From Naegleria gruberi (lineage: Eukaryota): a stretch of DNA of 64,000 bases. The notes beneath the pieces are model-generated. The model saw nothing but the letters and a program-made list of their open reading frames with translations. It had not been told where the DNA came from and searched no databases. The first letter of the stretch is position 1; every line of letters begins with the position of its first letter. The position numbers and the translations under genes are program-made. Below are positions 51,272-60,088 of the stretch, in pieces. The stretch is from assembly GCA_000004985.1 (NCBI GenBank), contig GG738889.1; one strand, given 5' to 3'.

Positions 51272-52538
51272 ATGCAAAAGACAATTCACGTGCATTGTTT
51301 AGGTGTTTGCACAATGGATTTTGTCTCCCAACTCGATCACTTCCCTTCCATCAATTCAAAAAACAAGAGTTTGAATATGAAAATGTGCGGAGGAGGAAAT
51401 GCTGCAAATGTAGCCTTTGATTTATTCATGATGATGAGGAAGGAAAATAATAATGATCATGATTTGATAGAGGAAGTATCATCAAGAAAGGGGAAAGAAT
51501 TATCGGAAAGTTTTAATACAATAATTAAATTAATATCAAAAATTGGTAATGATGTGGTTGGAAAATCGATAAAACAAGAATTTGAAGAATTGAAAGATGG
51601 GATTGGATTTGAGTGGTTTTGTGGTTTCTCCGAATTGTCAATCTTCATTTAGTTATATAATGGTAACACCTAGTAGGGATTCTAATGAAGCATTTGATAG
51701 AACTATTGTTAATACTCCGTTATCGGAAGGGTTTCAATTTAAAGAATTGGAAAGTTATTGTAAAGAAGATAATTTGGGAGAAATTGATTTGCTGTTTTTG
51801 GATGGAAGATATGCTAATGTAGCAATTGAATATATTGATGCAATGGATTGTAGAGGATGTATTGTAATGGAATGTGAAAGGATGAGATTTGGATATGAAT
51901 TGAATTGTTTTTTGGAACTAATTTCAAAATCGAATGTTATTACAATATCTGAAGGATTTGGAAAGGAATATCTTGATTATTATATGAATCAAAATGAAGA
52001 AATTAAGGAGTGGATGCAACAGGTCGACATTTCTAATGAATTAATTTCTCTTCACTTGCTGTATTCTCTCTTGAAACAAACAAAGAACAAGATCCCTAAT
52101 TTTTTAATTCAAACGTTGGGATCCAAGGGATCTATATGCATGATTCAAAAGGTGGATATGGAAGAAACTCAAGTAAAATCATTTTCGGATATCATATCAT
52201 TGGAGACTATTAGCTCTTCACCTCAGACTCAAGACTTTTCATTTTCAATTACAGACCATCTAGGAGTACAACATTATTATACTATCATTTACTGTCAAGC
52301 ATATTCAAATAATGAACTACCAATTGTAGATGGTACAGGAGCTGGCGATTCCTTCAATGCTGCAACACTCTACACATTACAACAATTCATAGCTAAAGAT
52401 ATTCCTGTTGACCTTTCGAGCTTGAAAAAATTATTGAAATTTTCTAGTATCTCTGCAGTTTATTGTTGCAGTGCAGTTGGCGCTCGAACTCGTATCATTG
52501 ATAGCAAAACAGCAAGGGAAATTTGGAATGAATTATAA
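51272..52538 (+). CDS. PfkB-family carbohydrate/ribokinase-like kinase, split into two frames (51272..51652 and 51597..52538) by an apparent 1-nt frameshift near 51590-51600.
   Basis: The N-terminal ORF (ATG at 51272; the track start at 51254 is GTG) has the GG motif MCGGGNAANVAF and ...ISKIGNDVVGKSIKQEFEELKDG. The downstream frame (ATG at 51597) continues with ribokinase-like GLDLSGFVVSPNC...SYIMVTP and the PfkB signature DGTGAGDSFNAATLY. The two frames meet within GAATTGAAAGATGGG. No intron with plausible signals reconciles them. Confidence 0.55.
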
Positions 52539-53432
52539 TATTTTATTGGATGATTTCAGAGCCTTTTCAATTTCCTCTCTCACCTTGTCAATTAGAATTG
52601 GCTTTTAATTAACTGAATCGAAACTAGCTTCTTTTAACATATCAGCTGTTTCCCAATTATTTGCAGTGTACTTTTCTTATTGTTGGTTTTTTCATACTCT
52701 CTAATATTTTTCACACTTTGCTTACCACACATTACTAAGATCGTAGAACCAACCAATAATGCCATGTAATGGATTTCTTGCTTCATGTGAAATGTTGGCA
52801 ATTAGGTGAGTCTTTTCATTGCTAATGTACTTATCCTGTTTCTCCTTTGAATACGTATTACACAGGAATAAACATAGGGAGAACAAAAGCTAGGAGAGGT
52901 CACTTCAATGATCTTTGAATAAATTGAACCGCTCATATATAAGGAAGAGGGTTATAGAATTAGACGGAGGGATCAGATGACAGGAAGTCCATTTGTAGAA
53001 TTCGTTGAAGTGATGGTACTAAATGAGTTGATTTTCTTGGCCTATTTCCACAAACGAAGAACGAGAATTTGGCGTTAATTCTGGAGAGCTTGTAATACTA
53101 CTAGTATTAGATGAAAGACAGTTCATAGATTGAGATCTACTCAAAGGGCTGAATGGTATTGAGCTATATGGATATCCACTTGTCTGACTAGAAGAAGATG
53201 TATTATATAGCAGTGATGCTAATGTGAGGGAGTGATGAAATATTTCTCTTAGAAGATAAGGATTCTGTCATACTTAACGACCTTACTATTAATTTTCCAT
53301 TCGCTGTTAAGTGGTTATCAATGTTCCTGAGTAGGAGTTAGGTGCACATTTGTAAAGTCATTTTTGGAAAGGAAAATATCTGTATTGACAGGTGGCACTT
53401 GGAATGAGAAACGTGATCACAAGAACAAAAAA

Positions 53433-55565
53433 ATGGTAGCAACGCCACCTCTCCTCTTCTCTTTCTTTGTGTTTTGTTGGTGTGGATTCTTGCTTGTTGA
53501 CACATGTTCTACACACTCTTCCATAACTTCATCAACATTGAATGTGTTTATTCAGAAAAGCTCCACAACAGAAAGTTTGCAAGTATTTGGATCCAACTCT
53601 TCGATCATTCTCATCACATTCAATCAGACAGCTAGTCAAGATGAGTCAAGTTGGAACGTCATTAATCAAATTGGACCTACAACAGATGTACATGTCTATT
53701 CGTCACTCTTAGAGGAAGACACTCCAGAAAAGGATGAATTCAAAAGGAGTGTTGAACATGCCATGCTTATGAATGGTTTGAATATTAGAAAACTTTCGTA
53801 TGTCACTTTGATGCTTACGGATTGTATGATTGGAAATCCATTTGTGGATAACAAACAGATCAAGTTTCTGATAACGACAGATTTCGATTTACCTATCATG
53901 GTGAGGAAAATCAGAGAGAATTTCGCATTGGGGAGGTTATTAGAAATGAGTGATTTTAGAATTCAAGTTTTGGCTCCATACGAAATCCAATATTCAACGA
54001 CAAGCAACATTTCAGAATCAACTGAAAGTTTATATCAAGATAAGATTGCAGAATGTTTGAATGCAATGAAGAATTGTAAAAATAATGGAACCCTCTCAAC
54101 ATGCTATTGGAAACATGATTATTGTTGGATCAGACAACCTTCATCTCTCTTCCAAGTTCAACAATTCAATCTTCTCAATTCCTACACTAATATGAAACTA
54201 GTTTACAATAGCTCTTCCATTTCCAACTCTATTTCCAAATACTCTCTGGAATTCTCGCACGAAACTCAAAACCTCACCTTACCATTCATCATTTACAATG
54301 AAATTCTTCCATCTTTCTTCTTTTCCTGCAAATCTCCGATCTGTCTCTATGAACCAATGCTTCCAAGTGAACCATTTCACTATGCAGTTGCGTTCTGTTG
54401 CTTGATATTTTATATTGGACTAATTTTCATGAGGAATAAGAATACTATTAAGGTAAGATTGTTGTTGCCGTGGATATGTCCATTGATTGTTACAATAAGA
54501 ATTCTTAGTAGTGGAGAATACTTGTATTCAACCTGTCCAATTATTTATTCAATGATTTCTATAGAAACTGTTTCTATTGTGGTGACGATTTATTGTGTGA
54601 CAGTTATTAGATTCTTTTATTTGAGAAATTTATATGACATCATTTCAAAATCAAAGAGAATTACACTTTTAAAGAGATTGGCATCTGTCAGATTTGGAAT
54701 TTTTGTGACAGTTTTGGCATCTGTGATTGTATTTGCTCTGTTGATGGTGTTTCTTCCAATGTTTATCAAAATTTATTTGAATCAGACTGCAATCAGTGTT
54801 TCCAGAAATGTAATTATTGGAGTAATTGTTGCCATTGCAATTATTTTGGCTATTATTTATTCTATATTTGATATTATTCTCAGAAGAAAGGATATTCGAA
54901 TGAAAGGAATCATGTATTATCTATTTTTCGATGATCCTTATCTGATTCGAATAGATTTAATATCCTTAATTATCATTTTGCTGTTGCTTATTCCATTTGT
55001 GATTCCAACAAGAATTCAAGTATTATCTGGATTGTTTAGAATGTTGATTGCATTGTCTGCGTTCATGGCAATGGGTGGAACAACAATGGTATTGGAATGT
55101 TTCAAAATGATTCGTTATTCGAAAAATGACGAAAGTGAAAAACTGGAGGATATAATTTCTGATAAGAATTTATTTAAAATCCTTAAAGAATATGCACAGA
55201 AAGAGTTTAGTTTGGAGAATATTCTATTATATGAAAATTTACAGCAATTTTCCCACAAGAAATTTACACGTACTGACCTAGAAGAAATAGAAGAATTATT
55301 TGTAAGAAACTATTCGAAATACGAAGTCAACCTCCCTTCCCTAACCAAACGTAAATTCTACGAATACATGAAAGAAACTGAAAAATCCGAAACTCTTGAT
55401 GTAAAACTTGTCAAGGACCTAATCTTCCAAGAAATCCTCAACAATATCATGGACACATTCTCTCGTCTCCAAGAAACCGAAGAATATCTGAAATGGGAGC
55501 GCATCAAACAGTTCCAACTTCGTAAAATGTCTATCAATCCTTCAAATTCCAATAGAAATCAATAA
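53433..55565 (+). CDS. 7TM receptor with a C-terminal RGS domain (7TM-RGS). It has a signal peptide, a ~300-aa N-glycosylated Cys-containing ectodomain, 7 TM helices and a clear RGS box. 710 aa.
   Basis: The track start at 53364 is TTG; the ATG is at 53433 (MVATPPLLFSFFVFCWCGFLLVDTCS). Sequons: NSS, NQT, NIS, NGT, NSS and NLT. TM helices run from AVAFCCLIFYIGLIFM to ALSAFMAMGGTTMVL. RGS box: LFKILKEYAQKEFSLENILLYENLQQF...EIEELFVRNYSKYEVNLPS...LIFQEILNNIMDTFSRL. Confidence 0.7.
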   Translation: MVATPPLLFSFFVFCWCGFLLVDTCSTHSSITSSTLNVFIQKSSTTESLQVFGSNSSIILITFNQTASQDESSWNVINQIGPTTDVHVYSSLLEEDTPEKDEFKRSVEHAMLMNGLNIRKLSYVTLMLTDCMIGNPFVDNKQIKFLITTDFDLPIMVRKIRENFALGRLLEMSDFRIQVLAPYEIQYSTTSNISESTESLYQDKIAECLNAMKNCKNNGTLSTCYWKHDYCWIRQPSSLFQVQQFNLLNSYTNMKLVYNSSSISNSISKYSLEFSHETQNLTLPFIIYNEILPSFFFSCKSPICLYEPMLPSEPFHYAVAFCCLIFYIGLIFMRNKNTIKVRLLLPWICPLIVTIRILSSGEYLYSTCPIIYSMISIETVSIVVTIYCVTVIRFFYLRNLYDIISKSKRITLLKRLASVRFGIFVTVLASVIVFALLMVFLPMFIKIYLNQTAISVSRNVIIGVIVAIAIILAIIYSIFDIILRRKDIRMKGIMYYLFFDDPYLIRIDLISLIIILLLLIPFVIPTRIQVLSGLFRMLIALSAFMAMGGTTMVLECFKMIRYSKNDESEKLEDIISDKNLFKILKEYAQKEFSLENILLYENLQQFSHKKFTRTDLEEIEELFVRNYSKYEVNLPSLTKRKFYEYMKETEKSETLDVKLVKDLIFQEILNNIMDTFSRLQETEEYLKWERIKQFQLRKMSINPSNSNRNQ

Positions 55566-55930
55566 TTATTGTAAACATTCTACGAAACAAAATGGAATAA
55601 ACCAATTCCAATATATAGAACAGCACAATATAGAAAGTTATACCAGTACATCCAGCACATTGTTACTCTATCACACATAATTATAATGAAAATTACAAGT
55701 TTTTTTGATATCCAACATCTATGCTGGAATCTATTTGGCGCGCTGGATGTTGCAATTTTCTCCAGTAATGGAGCTAAATGTGGAAGTATAGAGGAAGTAG
55801 TGTGATTGCTAATGTTGAAATTGCTATTGTAGTTTCAGATAGCCCGATATGTGCAGTTGCGGCTTCTAGTACAGAATGAAGATTATAATTCTAAAGGATC
55901 ATCTGTTGCAGATTTAACAAATTAAAAAGA

Positions 55931-56741
55931 ATGGCAACAAGCAAAACTGTTGAAGATATTGATGAAGCATATCGTTCTGAACCTTGGTGGTAAGTTGATG
56001 CACTTTCGAATAGTTTTTGACATGGTCTTGTTTCAACATGTTTACAGGTATGATGTGAGAGGATTTTTCATATTAACATTTGCCTACCGATCAACACTTC
56101 CCAGACAAATTCGAATGTTTGGTTTAAACATGGGAGAAAATCACTTGGAAGTAGCCTGTGGCACTGGAACTCTTTTAGAGTATATTTTAAATTGGCGTAG
56201 ACGAAAGCAACTACCTCACATCCAAATAACATGTGTAGATTATGCAGAGAAGATGTTACAAGGTGCCAAACATCGTTTCGCCAATCAATCTGACATGAAA
56301 TTCCTCAAAGCAGATGCAGCAAACATGTCAGACTTCTCAGATGAACTATTTGACACTCTCAACATTGCAAATTCCATTCATTGTCTTCCACAAGTTGTTG
56401 AATCTTTCCAGGAAATGTTTCGTGTCTTAAAATCAGGTGGAATTCTATGTGGAAATGTATTGTTACATGCACGTGGTTGGTTTCCATTCAAACAAATTGC
56501 CAATTCCATAAATAGATGGGGAGAAAGGAGAGGAATTCTGGTGACACCCTATTCAGAGGATGGCATTGTGGAAATTGTAAAGCAAGTTGGATTTGTAGTT
56601 TTGGTGAGGGAAGTTCATGGAAATTGTTTGGAATTGACTTTACAAAAACCGAAAAATGATGCGAATGTTGTTGCTCAGAAACAACAAGTGAGTTCTGTGA
56701 GTTCTGTATCCATTGAAGTTGAAATAGGGCAAATAAATTAA
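55931..56741 (+). CDS. Class I SAM-dependent methyltransferase. Two exons, 55931..55989 and 56048..56741, about 250 aa.
   Basis: Motif I: LEVACGTGTLLEYIL. Acidic post-I residue in VDYAEKM. A 58-nt intron (55990..56047; GTAAGT...TTTTGAC...TTTACAG) joins MATSKTVEDIDEAYRSEPW-W-YDVRGFF... in frame. The track ORF start at 55950 is not ATG-anchored in this model. Confidence 0.55.
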
Positions 56742-57711
56742 GCATGTGTTAAAGGTTTCATGTGAGAATTTCAAAATGACTTGATCACATGTGAGTGATC
56801 CAATTTTGTAATACTTCATATATACATCTGAGTAGGTACATAAACAGCATATTCAACACAATTAAGTATTTGCTGTATTAATCCCTAACTTTGGTAATGA
56901 TGAATTTTGAGAGATAAATTGTGTAAATATATTAGAAGAGATTAAGGAAGACAATCATACACATCTATTAGAAGTTGCTGCTTCTTGCACTTGCCTATGA
57001 AAACGAGGGCACCAACAAGAAGGTATTAAGGAACCTTTTGAATTGTTTTTTGATTTTTTGTTGGTTAATTATAATCTTAATTGTTAGCAAATTAATCCAT
57101 GGAGTTTGTGTGTCACCTTGTTTAACATTAATGTCTATATATTGAAATGAATTTGACCATTTAAGAATGACTTTGTTGCATGGCTAAACACCCATGGTTC
57201 ATTTCAATTTTACCTGGTAACTGTTATAAAATCATTCATAAGAATCCTTATCATACAGCCTTAAAGTTCCTATTTTGAGAAGTACCCTTCTCCAAACCTG
57301 ATGAGTACGTCCATGATACAGTTGATGAACGATTCTTAATTCTATTAAGGAAGGTGCTCAATACCAAATCAGAAGGCACAGCTTTCCTCTATCAAACAAA
57401 ACACCCTAGACTGTTTCGGCGGTTCTGTCACATCTCCTCATAAGAGCTTAGTTCATTAAGGTTCTCCTCGTCCACAAGTGTGCATATTCTCCCTCTCCAG
57501 CTTTTGTTGTTGTTTGAATTTGTGTTGAAGAAGAAGGGATGAAGGGGAGATCACAAAATTTCATGATCAAAAAAAGAACAACAAATACTCTAGAACTGTG
57601 GGATTCTCAACAATATATTCACCTTGGTCAGTTCATCAGCATTACATTCACTGTGTCCACTCAATTTTGCATCTAGATAATCAAGTCTCTAACACCATAT
57701 ATTAATTAAGA

Positions 57712-58485
57712 ATGAATCATCATCACGCCGAGTCCTATATGAATGGTTGGATGGTTTCTCGTTGGTCATCCTCTAACAACAGTGACAGTAACAAAAGTTG
57801 CCTTTTCACACATAGTGAACCATCCTCGCCAAGGGAAGTTTACATGTCTTGCTTTTCGCACAATGCCTTTGCTATGAAACCACAACAAGGATTTCATTCA
57901 AATGCAAACGTTGGTTCAGCATCATGTTCAGCATCATGTGAGGATTATTTCTATAATGCTAAGGACAAGCTCAATTATGATAACGGCTGCAGTAGTAGCA
58001 GTAGGAAAGATTTTCATGAAACTGTTTCAGTAACATCTGTGGAAGGACATTCGACGCTTTCAACTGACATTTCGGACTCTTATTCTACTTTTCTCAAATT
58101 GGATGTGGAAGACTTCATTCAATCATGCATTAGCCAATCACAGAAACATTCTCTTTCTACATGTATTAAACATGCTTCACAACAAACCAAGCCACAACAA
58201 CATTCTAAAAGTCAATTTAAACAAATATATGAAACAAATCCTGTCTTGAATGCTTCCACTCTACAACTAGAAGAAACAATAGCTCTAACAAATCCTCCCT
58301 CACTACCTCTCCCTCCAAAAATTAGTAAGAATTCGTCTTCGAGAAAGACACATTCATCTTCATCATCGAGTCTGGATTCTCTTGTTCCAGAAAGAAGAAA
58401 GAGGAATAAGAGAAGCTATTTACCTGGTGAGAGGAAAATGATCATGTGGAAGTGGAATAAGGCAACAATAAAAGAAGGTCTGTGA
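57712..58485 (+). CDS. Hypothetical Ser-rich protein, 257 aa, with a basic C-terminal patch (PERRKRNKRSY).
   Basis: ATG-initiated ORF (MNHHHAESYMNGW...). No domain recognised. Confidence 0.45.
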   Translation: MNHHHAESYMNGWMVSRWSSSNNSDSNKSCLFTHSEPSSPREVYMSCFSHNAFAMKPQQGFHSNANVGSASCSASCEDYFYNAKDKLNYDNGCSSSSRKDFHETVSVTSVEGHSTLSTDISDSYSTFLKLDVEDFIQSCISQSQKHSLSTCIKHASQQTKPQQHSKSQFKQIYETNPVLNASTLQLEETIALTNPPSLPLPPKISKNSSSRKTHSSSSSSLDSLVPERRKRNKRSYLPGERKMIMWKWNKATIKEGL

Positions 58486-58841
58486 TTCTTAAACAGGAGA
58501 AGGTTTCTTTTTGGAAATGCATTGAGCAATTCATCTTTCAATGCCAGTGTTTGTATTTAGAATTGGAATCGCTACTGTTTGATTAATATTGGAGCATAAC
58601 ACCTGATTGCTTTGGTTAATTGGATAAACAAATCAACAACATTCTCAATGGTCATACTATCGAGTTGGAAACTCCTTGATTGAAAATTTGGCTAATTCTT
58701 ATTGTAGTAACAATGTTAACAACCAGAGAGATAATATAATTCTAGATATGGATGACACTTTAAATACAATGCCAAACGAAGGAACTATTCAACATTGGCC
58801 ACTTACTTCTAATCAAGCCTCCAATTTTTCATTACCAACCA

Positions 58842-58891
58842 NNNNNNNNNNNNNNNNNNNNNNNNNNNNNNNNNNNNNNNNNNNNNNNNNN
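58842..58891. other. Assembly gap (50 N).
   Basis: Run of N characters. Confidence 1.
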
Positions 58892-58896
58892 ACAAT

Positions 58897-59445
58897 ATGT
58901 GGAATACTGATAATGATACAACATACTGTCTTTCTGATAATGAATCTAAAGCCTTAATGGAAAGAATTCAATTTTTTATCACACCAAATGGTGGTGAAGA
59001 CACATTCAACATTAAATTGTCACCAGCCTCTCCTAAATATAATCACACAAGAATGAATCCTGATTCAGCAAGAAATGTAACTTGGAGACAGAATTTATGT
59101 TTTACACTTCCATTTGGTCCAATTTCAGATTTATTCTTCTCTCAGTTAACTCAATCCAAACCATCATCTGTTAAACTTACATCTAAGTATTACTATATGG
59201 AAGGCAAATCCTCTAAAGGTTTGAAACTTGACACAAAAGTGTACGTATGGGATGAAGATAATATGCCAAGTTTAAAATCTGAACATTGGTTTTTGAAAAA
59301 GTGGAATGGGAAGAATGATACGTTTCGAGCTAGATGTATTCAGTTTACTTTAACTTACAGGCCTCAACTCGACATTATTCGTGTCGAATTTAAATATACA
59401 ACTCAAAAGTGGAACAATATTCTACAAGCTTGGCAAGATATGTAA
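58897..59445 (+). CDS. Hypothetical protein, 182 aa. It may extend 5' across the 50-N gap into ORF 58676..58841.
   Basis: ORF MWNTDNDTTYCLSDNESKALMERIQFF... lies directly after the gap. The upstream ORF (…DMDDTLNTMPNEGTIQHWPLTSNQASNFSLPT) runs into the gap. Frame continuity is unknowable. Confidence 0.4.
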   Translation: MWNTDNDTTYCLSDNESKALMERIQFFITPNGGEDTFNIKLSPASPKYNHTRMNPDSARNVTWRQNLCFTLPFGPISDLFFSQLTQSKPSSVKLTSKYYYMEGKSSKGLKLDTKVYVWDEDNMPSLKSEHWFLKKWNGKNDTFRARCIQFTLTYRPQLDIIRVEFKYTTQKWNNILQAWQDM

Positions 59446-59595
59446 GATGTAAGTAATAAATCTTCATACCAAAACTCAAATATCCTTAATTGAAATTTCA
59501 AGTTGTCGAATCAAGGATCCAATTAAGATGTTGGCAGCCCGCCAAAAGTTAAACCCGCCAAAATTTGGGCATTTTGAAATTAAAAAAAATAGAGG

Positions 59596-60063
59596 ATGGT
59601 ACCACCAAGAAGCCGTCCATCAGAATCAATATTAACAAGGCGAACAAGACGTTCCACTTGTGAGGCTTTGGAGGCAAGTTATGTTAGACCAAACAATAAT
59701 GCTTACTTTACGGACCAGTATGAGAAAGTTCCGTATGTAGTTAGGTCTGAAGTAGACACACAAATGTTGAATTGTTGGTTTACTGTTTTCTTTCCTTACT
59801 TGCTTTCTCTGTTTTGTAGTATATACACATTTAACCAATTGTTATTAATGTGGTTGACTAATACAAGACTTGGAAGGTCATTATTGAATCAAGCAATTAA
59901 TTCAGTAGAAGACAAACATCTCAAAAAGCATTCACAATTAGGTTATACAATCAGCAAACGAGCCAAAACAAGGATATCGGTTGTTACAATGGGTTTGGTA
60001 CCTGTCATTATCTCTCTGGTTTGGGATCCGCACATGCTCAGATCTTATAGCTTATCAATGTGA
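59596..60063 (+). CDS. Hypothetical small membrane protein, 155 aa, with two hydrophobic segments.
   Basis: ATG-initiated ORF (MVPPRSRPSESILTRRTRRS...WFTVFFPYLLSLFCSIYTF...VVTMGLVPVIISLVW). It ends 25 nt before the large gap. Confidence 0.4.
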   Translation: MVPPRSRPSESILTRRTRRSTCEALEASYVRPNNNAYFTDQYEKVPYVVRSEVDTQMLNCWFTVFFPYLLSLFCSIYTFNQLLLMWLTNTRLGRSLLNQAINSVEDKHLKKHSQLGYTISKRAKTRISVVTMGLVPVIISLVWDPHMLRSYSLSM

Positions 60064-60088
60064 TGTATAATAGTCTGATCTACTTGTG

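Noticed and set aside
51550-51600. A 43-nt GTGGTT...AAAG intron to reconcile the two PfkB frames.
   Set aside because: The donor is weak, and the spliced product would delete the conserved GK.I...L segment. A 1-nt indel explains the data better.
60000-60088. GGATCC...AGATCT (BamHI/BglII sites) just before the large gap, a possible vector or adaptor remnant.
   Set aside because: Restriction sites occur by chance, and the flanking sequence is in frame with an ORF using the local codon bias. There is no other vector-like signal.
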